Below are positions 26,001 to 41,900 of a stretch of 64,000 bases of DNA, one piece after another. Below the pieces are notes generated by a model. It saw only the letters and a list, made by a program, of their open reading frames with translations, had not been told where the DNA came from and ran no database searches. A program made the position numbers and the translations under genes. The stretch is from Auanema rhodensis (Eukaryota > Animalia > Nematoda): the NCBI GenBank assembly GCA_964057225.1, contig OZ059898.1:248001-312000 (forward strand), written 5' to 3'. Each line of letters begins with the position of its first letter. Position 1 is the stretch's first letter.

Positions 26001-29000
26001 TTTGTTTTTAGACTAATATGGACATGGGGAATCTAATTTTGAAAACCGCATCTCTTTATCTTTCACGTGAAGCGAGTTACATACCAAGTGCACATCACGT
26101 GTACATTTAATTAGCATAAATTGAAGTTCACGTAAATTTCAAAGTCATGGTTACCATGCACCAATATCAATAAAAATTTGTTTTTAGACTAATATGGACA
26201 TGGGAAATTTAATTTTGAAAACCGCATCTCTTTATCTTTCACGTGAAGCGAGTTACATACCAAGTGCACATCACGTGTACATTTAATTAGCATAAATTAA
26301 AGTTCACGTAAATTTCAAAGTCATGGTTACCATGCACCAATATCAATAAAAATTTGTTTTTAGACTAATATGGACATGAGGAATCTAATTTTGAAAACTG
26401 CATCTCTTTATCTTTCACGTGAAGCGAGTTACATACCAAGTGCACATCACGCGTACATTTAATTAGCATAAATTAAAGTTCACGTAAATTTCAAAGTCAT
26501 GGTTACCATGCACCAATATCAATAAAAATTTGTTTTTAGACTAATATGGACATGGGGAATCTAATTTTGAAAACCGCATCTCTTTATCTTTCACGTGAAG
26601 CGAGTTACATACCAAGGGCACATCACGTGTACATTTAATTAGCATAAATTAAAGTTCACGTAAATTTCAAAGTCATGGTTACCATGCACCAATATCAATA
26701 AAAATTTGTTTTTAGACTAATATGGACATGGGGAATCTAATTTTGAAAACCGCATCTCTTTATCTTTCACGTGAAGCGAGTTACATACCAAGTGCACATC
26801 ACGTGTACATTTAATTAGCATAAATTAAAGTTCACGTAAATTTCAAAGTCATGGTTACCATGCACCAATATCAATAAAAATCTGTTTTTAGACTAATATG
26901 GACATGGGGAATCTAATTTTGGAAACCGCATCTCTTTATCTTTCACGTGAAGCGAGTTACATACCAAGTGCACATCACGTGTACATTTAATTAGCATAAA
27001 TTGAAGTTCACGTAAATTTCAAAGTCATGGTTACCATGAACCAATATCAATAAAAATTTGTTTTTAGACTAATATGGACATGGGGAATCTAATTTTGAAA
27101 ACCGCATCTCTTTATCTTTCACGTGAAGCGAGTTACATACCAAGTGCACATCACGTGTACATTTAATTAGCATAAATTAAAGTTCACGTAAATTTCAAAG
27201 TCATGGTTACCATGAACCAATATCAATAAAAATTTGTTTTTAGACTAATATGGACATGGGGAATCTAATTTTGAAAACCGCATCTCTTTATCTTTCACGT
27301 GAAGCGAGTTACATACCAAGTGCACATCACGTGTACATTTAATTAGCATAAATTGAAGTTCACGTAAATTTCAAAGTCAGGGTTACCATGCACCAATATC
27401 AATAAAAATTTGTTTTTAGACTAATATGGACATGGGAAATTTAATTTTGAAAACCGCATCTCTTTATCTTTCACGTGAAGCGAGTTACATACCAAGTGCA
27501 CATCACGTGTACATTTAATTAGCATAAATTAAAGTTCACGTAAATTTCAAAGTCATGGTTACCATGCACCAATATCAATAAAAATTTGTTTTTAGACTAA
27601 TATGGACATGAGGAATCTAATTTTGAAAACTGCATCTCTTTATCTTTCACGTGAAGCGAGTTACATACCAAGTGCACATCACGTGTACATTTAATTAGCA
27701 TAAATTAAAGTTCACGTAAATTTCAAAGTCATGGTTACCATGAACCAATATCAATAAAAATTTGTTTTTAGACTAATATGGACATGGGGAATCTAATTTT
27801 GAAAACCGCATCTCTTTATCTTTCACGTGAAGCGAGTTACATACCAAGTGCACATCACGTGTACATTTAATTAGCATAAATTGAAGTTCACGTAAATTTC
27901 AAAGTCATGGTTACCATGCACCAATATCAATAAAAATTTGTTTTTAGACTAATATGGACATGGGAAATTTAATTTTGAAAACCGCATCTCTTTATCTTTC
28001 ACGTGAAGCGAGTTACATACCAAGTGCTCATCACGTGTACATTTAATTAGCATAAATAAAAGTTCACGTAAATTTCAAAGTCATGATTACCATGCACCAA
28101 TATCAATAAAAATTTGTTTTTAGACTAATATGGACATGAGGAATCTAATTTTGAAAACCGCATCTCTTTATCTTTCACGTGAAGCGAGTTACATACCAAG
28201 TGCACATCACGTGTACATTTAATTAGCATAAATTAAAGTTCACGTAAATTTCAAAGTCATGGTTACCATGCACCAATATCAATAAAAATTTGTTTGTAGA
28301 CTAATATGGACATGGGGAATCTAATTTTGAAAACCGCATCTCTTTATCTTTCACGTGAAGCGAGTTACATACCAAGGGCACATCACGTGTACATTTAATT
28401 AGCATAAATTAAAGTTCACGTAAATTTCAAAGTCATGGTTACCATGCACCAATATCAATAAAAATTTGTTTTGAGACTAATATGGACATGGGGAATCTAA
28501 TTTTGAAAACCGCATCTCTTTATCTTTCACGTGAAGCGAGTTACATACCAAGTGCACATCACGTGTACATTTAATTAGCATAAATTAAAGTTCACGTAAA
28601 TTTCAAAGTCATGGTTACCATGCACCAATATCAATAAAAATTTGTTTTTAGACTAATATGGACATGGGGAATCTAATTTTGGAAACCGCATCTCTTTATC
28701 TTTCACATGAAGCGAGTTACATACCAAGTGCACATCACGTGTACATTTAATTAGCATAAATTGAAGTTCACGTAAATTTCAAAGTCATGGTTACCATGAA
28801 CCAATATCAATAAAAATTTGTTTTTAGACTAATATGGACATGGGGAATCTAATTTTGAAAACCGCATCTCTTTATCTTTCACGTGAAGCGAGTTACATAC
28901 CAAGTGCACATCACGTGTACATTTAATTAGCATAAATTAAAGTTCACGTAAATTTCAAAGTCATGGTTACCATGAACCAATATCAATAAAAATTTGTTTT

Positions 29001-32000
29001 TAGACTAATATGGACATGGGGAATCTAATTTTGAAAACCGCATCTCTTTATCTTTCACGTGAAGCGAGTTACATACCAAGTGCACATCACGTGTACATTT
29101 AATTAGCATAAATTGAAGTTCACGTAAATTTCAAAGTCAGGGTTACCATGCACCAATATCAATAAAAATTTGTTTTTAGACTAATATGGACATGGGAAAT
29201 TTAATTTTGAAAACCGCATCTCTTTATCTTTCACGTGAAGCGAGTTACATACCAAGTGCACATCACGTGTACATTTAATTAGCATAAATTAAAGTTCACG
29301 TAAATTTCAAAGTCATGGTTACCATGCACCAATATCAATAAAAATTTGTTTTTAGACTAATATGGACATGAGGAATCTAATTTTGAAAACTGCATCTCTT
29401 TATCTTTCACGTGAAGCGAGTTACATACCAAGTGCACATCACGTGTACATTTAATTAGCATAAATTAAAGTTCACGTAAATTTCAAAGTCATGGTTACCA
29501 TGAACCAATATCAATAAAAATTTGTTTTTAGACTAATATGGACATGGGGAATCTAATTTTGAAAACCGCATCTCTTTATCTTTCACGTGAAGCGAGTTAC
29601 ATACCAAGTGCACATCACGTGTACATTTAATTAGCATAAATTAAAGTTCACGTAAATTTCAAAGTCATGGTTACCATGAACCAATATCAATAAAAATTTG
29701 TTTTTAGACTAATATGGACATGGGGAATCTAATTTTGAAAACCGCATCTCTTTATCTTTCACGTGAAGCGAGTTACATACCAAGTGCACATCACGTGTAC
29801 ATTTAATTAGCATAAATTGAAGTTCACGTAAATTTCAAAGTCAGGGTTACCATGCACCAATATCAATAAAAATTTGTTTTTAGACTAATATGGACATGGG
29901 AAATTTAATTTTGAAAACCGCATCTCTTTATCTTTCACGTGAAGCGAGTTACATACCAAGTGCACATCACGTGTACATTTAATTAGCATAAATTAAAGTT
30001 CACGTAAATTTCAAAGTCATGGTTACCATGCACCAATATCAATAAAAATTTGTTTTTAGACTAATATGGACATGAGGAATCTAATTTTGAAAACTGCATC
30101 TCTTTATCTTTCACGTGAAGCGAGTTACATACCAAGTGCACATCACGTGTACATTTAATTAGCATAAATTAAAGTTCACGTAAATTTCAAAGTCATGGTT
30201 ACCATGAACCAATATCAATAAAAATTTGTTTTTAGACTAATATGGACATGGGGAATCTAATTTTGAAAACCGCATCTCTTTATCTTTCACGTGAAGCGAG
30301 TTACATACCAAGTGCACATCACGTGTACATTTAATTAGCATAAATTGAAGTTCACGTAAATTTCAAAGTCATGGTTACCATGCACCAATATCAATAAAAA
30401 TTTGTTTTTAGACTAATATGGACATGGGAAATTTAATTTTGAAAACCGCATCTCTTTATCTTTCACGTGAAGCGAGTTACATACCAAGTGCTCATCACGT
30501 GTACATTTAATTAGCATAAATAAAAGTTCACGTAAATTTCAAAGTCATGATTACCATGCACCAATATCAATAAAAATTTGTTTTTAGACTAATATGGACA
30601 TGAGGAATCTAATTTTGAAAACCGCATCTCTTTATCTTTCACGTGAAGCGAGTTACATACCAAGTGCACATCACGTGTACATTTAATTAGCATAAATTAA
30701 AGTTCACGTAAATTTCAAAGTCATGGTTACCATGCACCAATATCAATAAAAATTTGTTTGTAGACTAATATGGACATGGGGAATCTAATTTTGAAAACCG
30801 CATCTCTTTATCTTTCACGTGAAGCGAGTTACATACCAAGGGCACATCACGTGTACATTTAATTAGCATAAATTAAAGTTCACGTAAATTTCAAAGTCAT
30901 GGTTACCATGCACCAATATCAATAAAAATTTGTTTTGAGACTAATATGGACATGGGGAATCTAATTTTGAAAACCGCATCTCTTTATCTTTCACGTGAAG
31001 CGAGTTACATACCAAGTGCACATCACGTGTACATTTAATTAGCATAAATTAAAGTTCACGTAAATTTCAAAGTCATGGTTACCATGCACCAATATCAATA
31101 AAAATTTGTTTTTAGACTAATATGGACATGGGGAATCTAATTTTGGAAACCGCATCTCTTTATCTTTCACATGAAGCGAGTTACATACCAAGTGCACATC
31201 ACGTGTACATTTAATTAGCATAAATTGAAGTTCACGTAAATTTCAAAGTCATGGTTACCATGAACCAATATCAATAAAAATTTGTTTTTAGACTAATATG
31301 GACATGGGGAATCTAATTTTGAAAACCGCATCTCTTTATCTTTCACGTGAAGCGAGTTACATATCAAGTGCACATCACGTGTACATTTAATTAGCATAAA
31401 TTAAAGTTCACGTAAATTTCAAAGTCATGGTTACCATGAACCAATATCAATAAAAATTTGTTTTTAGACTAATATGGACATGGGGAATCTAATTTTGAAA
31501 ACCGCATCTCTTTATCTTTCACGTGAAGCGAGTTACATACCAAGTTCACATCACGTGTACATTTAATTAGCATAAATTAAAGTTCACGTAAATTTCAAAG
31601 TCATGGTTACCATGCACCAATATTAATAAAAATTTGTTTTTAGACTAATATGGACATGGGAAATTTAATTTTGAAAACCGCATCTCTTTATCTTTCACGT
31701 GAAGCGAGTTACATACCAAGTGCACATCACGTGTACATTTAATTAGCATAAATTAAAGTTCACGTAAATTTCAAAGTCATGGTTACCATGCACCAATATC
31801 AATAAAAATTTGTTTTTAGACTAATATGGACATGAGGAATCTAATTTTGAAAACCGCATCTCTTTATCTTTCACGTGAAGCGAGTTACATACCAAGTGCA
31901 CATCACGTGTACATTTAATTAGCATAAATTAAAGTTCACGTAAATTTCAAAGTCATGGTTACCATGCACCAATATCAATAAAAATTTGTTTTTAGACTAA

Positions 32001-35000
32001 TATGGACATGGGGAATCTAATTTTGGAAACCGCATCTCTTTATCTTTCACATGAAGCGAGTTACATACCAAGTGCACATCACGTGTACATTTAATTAGCA
32101 TAAATTGAAGTTCACGTAAATTTCAAAGTCATGGTTACCATGAACCAATATCAATAAAAATTTGTTTTTAGACTAATATGGACATGGGGAATCTAATTTT
32201 GAAAACCGCATCTCTTTATCTTTCACGTGAAGCGAGTTACATACCAAGTGCACATCACGTGTACATTTAATTAGCATAAATTAAAGTTCACGTAAATTTC
32301 AAAGTCATGGTTACCATGAACCAATATCAATAAAAATTTGTTTTTAGACTAATATGGACATGGGGAATCTAATTTTGAAAACCGCATCTCTTTATCTTTC
32401 ACGTGAAGCGAGTTACATACCAAGGGCACATCACGTGTACATTTAATTAGCATAAATTAAAGTTCACGTAAATTTCAAAGTCATGGTTACCATGCACCAA
32501 TATCAATAAAAATTTGTTTTTAGACTAATATGGACATGGGGAATCTAATTTTGAAAACCGCATCTCTTTATCTTTCACGTGAAGCGAGTTACATACCAAG
32601 TGCACATCACGTGTACATTTAATTAGCATAAATTAAAGTTCACGTAAATTTCAAAGTCATGGTTACCATGCACCAATATCAATAAAAATTTGTTTTTAGA
32701 CTAATATGGACATGGGGAATCTAATTTTGGAAACCGCATCTCTTTATCTTTCACATGAAGCGAGTTACATACCAAGTGCACATCACGTGTACATTTAATT
32801 AGCATAAATTGAAGTTCACGTAAATTTCAAAGTCATGGTTACCATGAACCAATATCAATAAAAATTTGTTTTTAGACTAATATGGACATGGGGAATCTAA
32901 TTTTGAAAACCGCATCTCTTTATCTTTCACGTGAAGCGAGTTACATACCAAGTGCACATCACGTGTACATTTAATTAGCATAAATTAAAGTTCACGTAAA
33001 TTTCAAAGTCATGGTTACCATGAACCAATATCAATAAAAATTTGTTTTTAGACTAATATGGACATGGGGAATCTAATTTTGAAAACCGCATCTCTTTATC
33101 TTTCACGTGAAGCGAGTTACATACCAAGTTCACATCACGTGTACATTTAATTAGCATAAATTAAAGTTCACGTAAATTTCAAAGTCATGGTTACCATGCA
33201 CCAATATCAATAAAAATTTGTTTTTAGACTAATATGGACATGGGAAATTTAATTTTGAAAACCGCATCTCTTTATCTTTCACGTGAAGCGAGTTACATAC
33301 CAAGGGCACATCACGTGTACATTTAATTAGCATAAATTAAAGTTCACGTAAATTTCAAAGTCATGGTTACCATGCACCAATATCAATAAAAATTTGTTTT
33401 TAGACTAATATGGACATGGGGAATCTAATTTTGAAAACCGCATCTCTTCATCTTTCACGTGAAGCGAGTTACATACCAAGTGCACATCACGTGTACATTT
33501 AATTAGCATAAATTAAAGTTCACGTAAATTTCAAAGTCATGGTTACCATGCACCAATATCAATAAAAATCTGTTTTTAGACTAATATGGACATGGGGAAT
33601 CTAATTTTGGAAACCGCATCTCTTTATCTTTCACGTGAAGCGAGTTACATACCAAGTGCACATCACGTGTACATTTAATTAGCATAAATTGAAGTTCACG
33701 TAAATTTCAAAGTCATGGTTACCATGAACCAATATCAATAAAAATTTGTTTTTAGACTAATATGGACATGGGGAATCTAATTTTGAAAACCGCATCTCTT
33801 TATCTTTCACGTGAAGCGAGTTACATATCAAGTGCACATCACGTGTACATTTAATTAGCATAAATTAAAGTTCACGTAAATTTCAAAGTCATGGTTACCA
33901 TGAACCAATATCAATAAAAATTTGTTTTTAGACTAATATGGACATGGGGAATCTAATTTTGAAAACCGCATCTCTTTATCTTTCACGTGAAGCGAGTTAC
34001 ATACCAAGTGCACATCACGTGTACATTTAATTAGCATAAATTGAAGTTCACGTAAATTTCAAAGTCATGGTTACCATGCACCAATATCAATAAAAATTTG
34101 TTTTTAGACTAATATGGACATGGGAAATTTAATTTTGAAAACCGCATCTCTTTATCTTTCACGTGAAGCGAGTTACATACCAAGTGCACATCACGTGTAC
34201 ATTTAATTAGCATAAATTAAAGTTCACGTAAATTTCAAAGTCATGGTTACCATGCACCAATATCAATAAAAATTTGTTTTTAGACTAATATGGACATGAG
34301 GAATCTAATTTTGAAAACTGCATCTCTTTATCTTTCACGTGAAGCGAGTTACATACCAAGTGCACATCACGTGTACATTTAATTAGCATAAATTAAAGTT
34401 CACGTAAATTTCAAAGTCATGGTTACCATGAACCAATATCAATAAAAATTTGTTTTTAGACTAATATGGACATGGGGAATCTAATTTTGAAAACCGCATC
34501 TCTTTATCTTTCACGTGAAGCGAGTTACATACCAAGTGCACATCACGTGTACATTTAATTAGCATAAATTGAAGTTCACGTAAATTTCAAAGTCATGGTT
34601 ACCATGCACCAATATCAATAAAAATTTGTTTTTAGACTAATATGGACATGGGAAATTTAATTTTGAAAACCGCATCTCTTTATCTTTCACGTGAAGCGAG
34701 TTACATACCAAGTGCTCATCACGTGTACATTTAATAAGCATAAATTAAAGTTCACGTAAATTTCAAAGTCATGGTTACCATGCACCAATATCAATAAAAA
34801 TTTGTTTTTAGACTAATATGGACATGAGGAATCTAATTTTGAAAACCGCATCTCTTTATCTTTCACGTGAAGCGAGTTACATACCAAGTGCACATCACGT
34901 GTACATTTAATTAGCATAAATTAAAGTTCACGTAAATTTCAAAGTCATGGTTACCATGCACCAATATCAATAAAAATTTGTTTGTAGACTAATATGGACA

Positions 35001-35900
35001 TGGGGAATCTAATTTTGAAAACCGCATCTCTTTATCTTTCACGTGAAGCGAGTTACATACCAAGGGCACATCACGTGTACATTTAATTAGCATAAATTAA
35101 AGTTCACGTAAATTTCAAAGTCATGGTTACCATGCACCAATATCAATAAAAATTTGTTTTGAGACTAATATGGACATGGGGAATCTAATTTTGAAAACCG
35201 CATCTCTTTATCTTTCACGTGAAGCGAGTTACATACCAAGTGCACATCACGTGTACATTTAATTAGCATAAATTAAAGTTCACGTAAATTTCAAAGTCAT
35301 GGTTACCATGCATCAATATCAATAAAAATCTGTTTTTAGACTAATATGGACATGGGGAATCTAATTTTGAAAACCGCATCTCTTTATCTTTCACGTGAAG
35401 CGAGTTACATACCAAGTGCTCATCACGTGTACATTTAATAAGCATAAATTAAAGTTCACGTAAATTTCAAAGTCATGGTTACCATGCACCAATATCAATA
35501 AAAATTTGTTTTTAGACTAATATGGACATGAGGAATCTAATTTTGAAAACCGCATCTCTTTATCTTTCACGTGAAGCGAGTTACATACCAAGTGCACATC
35601 ACGTGTACATTTAATTAGCATAAATTAAAGTTCACGTAAATTTCAAAGTCATGGTTACCATGCACCAATATCAATAAAAATTTGTTTGTGGACTAATATG
35701 GACATGGGGAATCTAATTTTGAAAACCGCATCTCTTTATCTTTCACGTGAAGCGAGTTACATACCAAGGGCACATCACGTGTACATTTAATTAGCATAAA
35801 TTAAAGTTCACGTAAATTTCAAAGTCATGGTTACCATGCACCAATATCAATAAAAATTTGTTTTGAGACTAATATGGACATGGGGAATCTAATTTTGAAA
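23059..35900. repeat. Family of related higher-order blocks with variable period (17, 14, 10 and 4 monomers)
   Basis: T98G at 24388, 27380, 29140 and 29844. The A42T+T72A+G100A monomer at 25036, 28028 and 30492. T134G then T135G in consecutive monomers at 25304/25481, 28296/28473, 30760/30937, 34984/35161 and 35688/35865. Confidence 0.85.
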
Positions 35901-38900
35901 ACCGCATCTCTTTATCTTTCACGTGAAGCGAGTTACATACCAAGTGCACATCACGTGTACATTTAATTAGCATAAATTAAAGTTCACGTAAATTTCAAAG
36001 TCATGGTTACCATGCACCAATATCAATAAAAATTTGTTTTTAGACTAATATGGACATGGGGAATCTAATTTTGGAAACCGCATCTCTTTATCTTTCACAT
36101 GAAGCGAGTTACATACCAAGTGCACATCACGTGTACATTTAATTAGCATAAATTGAAGTTCACGTAAATTTCAAAGTCATGGTTACCATGAACCAATATC
36201 AATAAAAATTTGTTTTTAGACTAATATGGACATGGGGAATCTAATTTTGAAAACCGCATCTCTTTATCTTTCACGTGAAGCGAGTTACATACCAAGTGCA
36301 CATCACGTGTACATTTAATTAGCATAAATTAAAGTTCACGTAAATTTCAAAGTCATGGTTACCATGAACCAATATCAATAAAAATTTGTTTTTAGACTAA
36401 TATGGACATGGGGAATCTAATTTTGAAAACCGCATCTCTTTATCTTTCACGTGAAGCGAGTTACATACCAAGTGCACATCACGTGTACATTTAATTAGCA
36501 TAAATTAAAGTTCACGTAAATTTCAAAGTCATGGTTACCATGCACCAATATCAATAAAAATTTGTTTTTAGACTAATATGGACATGGCGAATCTAATTTT
36601 GAAAACCGCATCTCTTTATCTTTCACGTGAAGCGAGTTACATACCAAGTGCACATCACGTGTACATTTAATTAGCATAAATTAAAGTTCACGTAAATTTC
36701 AAAGTCATGGTTACCGTGCACCAATATCAATAAAAATTTGTTTTTAGACTAATATGGACATGGGGAATCTAATTTTGAAAACCGCATCTCTTTATCTTTC
36801 ACGTGAAGCGAGTTACATATCAAGTGCACATCACGTGTACATTTAATTAGCATAAATTAAAGTTCACGTAAATTTCAAAGTCATGGTTACCATGCACCAA
36901 TATCAATAAAAATTTGTTTTTAGACTAATATGGACATGAGAAATTTAATTTTGAAAACCGCATCTCTTAATCTTTCACGTGAAGCGAGTTACATACCAAG
37001 TGCACATCACGTGTACATTTAATTAGCATAAATTAAAGTTCACGTAAATTTCAAAGTCATGGTTACCATGCACCAATATCAATAAAAATTTGTTTTTAGA
37101 CTAATATGGACATGGGGAATCTAATTTTGAAAACCGCATCTCTTTATCTTTCACGTGAAGCGAGTTACATACCAAGTGCACATCACGTGTACATTTAATT
37201 AGCATAAATTAAAGTTCACGTAAATTTCAAAGTCATGGTTACCATGAACCAATATCAATAAAAATTTGTTTTTAGACTAATATGGACATAGGGAATCTAA
37301 TTTTGAAAACCGCATCTCTTCATCTTTCACGTGAAGCGAGTTACATACCAAGTGCACATCACGTGTACATTTAATTAGCATAAATTGAAGTTCACGTAAA
37401 TTTCAAAGTCATGGTTACCATTAACCAATATCAATAAAAATTTGTTTTTAGACTAATATGGACATGGGGAATCTAATTTTGAAAACCGCATCTCTTTATC
37501 TTTCACGTGAAGCGAGTTACATACCAAGTGCACATCACGTGTACATTTAATTAGCATAAATTAAAGTTCACGTAAATTTCAAAGTCATGGTTACCATGCA
37601 CCAATATCAATAAAAATTTGTTTTTAGACTAATATGGACATGGGGAATCTAATTTTGAAAACCGCATCTCTTTATCTTTCACGTGAAGCGAGTTACATAC
37701 CAAGTGCACATCACGTGTACATTTAATTAGCATAAATTAAAGTTCACGTAAATTTCAAAGTCATGGTTACCATGCACCAATATCAATAAAAATTTGTTTT
37801 TAGACTAATATGGACATGGGGAATCTAATTTTGAAAACCGCATCTCTTTATCTTTCACGTGAAGCGAGTTACATACCAAGTGCACATCACGTGTACATTT
37901 AATTAGCATAAATTAAAGTTCACGTAAATTTCAAAGTCATGGTTACCATGCACCAATATCAATAAAAATTTGTTTTTAGACTAATATGGACATGGGGAAT
38001 CTAATTTTGAAAACCGCATCTCTTTATCTTTCACGTGAAGCGAGTTACATACCAAGTGCACATCACGTGTACATTTAATTAGCATAAATTAAAGTTCACG
38101 TAAATTACAAAGTCATGGTTACCATGCACCAATATCAATAAAAATTTGTTTTTAGACTAATATTGACATGGGGAATCTAATTTTGGAAACCGCATCTCTT
38201 TATCTTTCACGTGAAGCGAGTTACATACCAAGTGCACATCACGTGTACATTTAATTAGCATAAATTGAAGTTCACGTAAATTTCAAAGTCATGGTTACCA
38301 TGAACCAATATCAATAAAAATTTGTTTTTAGACTAATATGGACATGGGAAATTTAATTTTGAAAACCGCATCTCTTTATCTTTCACGTGAAGCGAGTTAC
38401 ATACCAAGTGCACATCACGTGTACATTTAATTAGCATAAATTAAAGTTCACGTAAATTTCAAAGTCATGGTTACCATGCACCAATATCAATAAAAATTTG
38501 TTTTTAGACTAATATGGACATGGGAAATTTAATTTTGAAAACCGCATCTCTTCATCTTTCACGTGAAGCGAGTTACATACCAAGTGCACATCACGTGTAC
38601 ATTTAATTAGCATAAATTAAAGTTCACGTAAATTTCAAAGTCATGGTTACCATGAACCAATATCAATAAAAATTTGTTTTTAGACTAATATGGACATGGG
38701 GAATCTAATTTTGAAAACCGCATCTCTTTATCTTTCACGTGAAGCGAGTTACATACCAAGTGCACATCACGTGTACATTTAATTAGCGTAAATTAAAGTT
38801 CACGTAAATTTCAAAGTCATGGTTACCATGCACCAATATCAATAAAAATTTGTTTTTAGACTAATATGGACATGGGGAATCTAATTTTGAAAACCGCATC

Positions 38901-41900
38901 TCTTTATCTTTCACGTGAAGCGAGTTACATACCAAGTGCACATCACGTGTACATTTAATTAGCATAAATTAAAGTTCACGTAAATTTCAAAGTCATGGTT
39001 ACCATGAACCAATATCAATAAAAATTTGTTTTTAGACTAATATGGACATGGGGAATCTAATTTTGAAAACCGCATCTCTTTATCTTTCACGTGAAGCGAG
39101 TTACATACCAAGTGCACATCACGTGTACATTTAATTAGCATAAATTAAAGTTCACGTAAATTTCAAAGTCATGGTTACCATGCACCAATATCAATAAAAA
39201 TTTGTTTTTAGACTAATATGGACATGGGGAATCTAATTTTGAAAACCGCATCTCTTTATCTTTCACGTGAAGCGAGTTACATACCAAGTGCACATCACGT
39301 GTACATTTAATTAGCATAAATTAAAGTTCACGTAAATTTCAAAGTCATGGTTACCATGAACCAATATCAATAAAAATTTGTTTTTAGACTAATATGGACA
39401 TGGGGAATCTAATTTTGAAAACCGCATCTCTTTATCTTTCACGTGAAGCGAGTTACATACTAAGTGCACATCACGTGTACATTTAATTAGCATAAATTAA
39501 AGTTCACGTAAATTTCAAAGTCATGGTTACCATAAACCAATATCAATAAAAATTTGTTTTTAGACTAATATGGACATGGGGAATCTAATTTTGAAAACCG
39601 CATCTCTTTATCTTTCACGTGAAGCGAGTTACATACCGAGTGCACATCACGTGTACATTTAATTAGCATAAATTAAAGTTCACGTAAATTTCAAAGTCAT
39701 GGTTACCATGCACCAATATCAATAAAAATTTGTTTTTAGACTAATATGGACATGGGGAATCTAATTTTGAACACCGCATCTCTTTATCTTTCACGTGAAG
39801 CGAGTTACATACCAAGTGCACATCACGTGTACATTTAATTAGCATAAATTAAAGTTCACGTAAATTTCAAAGTCATGGTTACCATGAACCAATATCAATA
39901 AAAATTTGTTTTTAGACTAATATGGACATGGGAAATCTAATTTTGAAAACCGCATCTCTTTATCTTTCACGTGAAGCGAGTTACATACCAAGTGCACATC
40001 ACGTGTACATTTAATTAGCATAAATTAAAGTTCACGTAAATTTCAAAGTCATGGTTACCATGCACCAATATCAATAAAAATTTGTTTTTAGACTAATATG
40101 GACATGGGAAATTTAATTTTGAAAACCGCATCTCTTTATCTTTCACGTGAAGCGAGTTACATACCAAGTGCACATCACGTGTACATTTAATTAGCATAAA
40201 TTAAAGTTCACGTAAATTTCAAAGTCATGGTTACCATGCACCAATATCAATAAAAATTTGTTTTTAGACTAATATGGACATGGGGAATCTAATTTTGAAA
40301 ACCGCATCTCTTTATCTTTCACGTGAAGCGAGTTACATACCAAGTGCACATCACGTGTACATTTAATTAGCATAAATTAAAGTTCACGTAAATTTCAAAG
40401 TCATGGTTACCATGAACCAATATCAATAAAAATTTGTTTTTAGACTAATATGGACATAGGGAATCTAATTTTGAAAACCGCATCTCTTTATCTTTCACGT
40501 GAAGCGAGTTACATACCAAGTGCACATCACGTGTACATTTAATTACCATAAATTAAAGTTCACGTAAATTTCAAAGTCATGGTTACCATGAACCAATATC
40601 AATAAAAATTTGTTTTTAGACTAATATGGACATGGGAAATTTAATTTTGAAAACCGCATCTCTTTATCTTTCACGTGAAGCGAGTTACATACCAAGTGCA
40701 CATCACGTGTACATTTAATTAGCATAAATTAAAGTTCACGTAAATTTCAAAGTCATGGTTACCATGAACCAATATCAATAAAAATTTGTTTTTAGACTAA
40801 TATGGACATAGGGAATCTAATTTTGAAAACCGCATCTCTTCATCTTTCACGTGAAGCGAGTTACATACCAAGTGCCCATCACGTGTACATTTAATTAGCA
40901 TAAATTGAAGTTCACGTAAATTTCAAAGTCATGGTTACCATGAACCAATATCAATAAAAATTTGTTTTTAGACTAATATGGACATGGGGAATCTAATTTT
41001 GAAAACCGCATCTCTTTATCTTTCACGTGAAGCGAGTTACATACCAAGTGCACATCACGTGTACATTCAATTAGCATAAATTAAAGTTCACGTAAATTTC
41101 AAAGTCATGGTTACCATGCACCAATATCAATAAAAATTTGTTTTTAGACTAATATGGACATGGGGAATCTAATTTTGAAAACCGCATCTCTTTATCTTTC
41201 ACGTGAAGCGAGTTACATACCAAGTGCACATCACGTGTACATTTAATTAGCATAAATTAAAGTTCACGTAAATTTCAAAGTCATGGTTACCATGCACCAA
41301 TATCAATAAAAATTTGTTTTTAGACTAATATGGACATGGGGAATCTAATTTTGAAAACCGCATCTCTTTATCTTTCACGTGAAGCGAGTTACATACCAAG
41401 TGCACATCACGTGTACATTTAATTAGCATAAATTAAAGTTCACGTAAATTTCAAAGTCATGGTTACCATGCACCAATATCAATAAAAATTTGTTTTTAGA
41501 CTAATATGGACATGGGGAATCTAATTTTGAAAACCGCATCTCTTTATCTTTCACGTGAAGCGAGTTACATACCAAGTGCACATCACGTGTACATTTAATT
41601 AGCATAAATTAAAGTTCACGTAAATTACAAAGTCATGGTTACCATGCACCAATATCAATAAAAATTTGTTTTTAGACTAATATGGACATGGGGAATCTAA
41701 TTTTGGAAACCGCATCTCTTTATCTTTCACGTGAAGCGAGTTACATACCAAGTGCACATCACGTGTACATTTAATTAGCATAAATTAAAGTTCACGTAAA
41801 TTTCAAAGTCATGGTTACCATGCACCAATATCAATAAAAATTTGTTTTTAGACTAATATGGACATGGGGAATCTAATTTTGAAAACCGCATCTCTTTATC

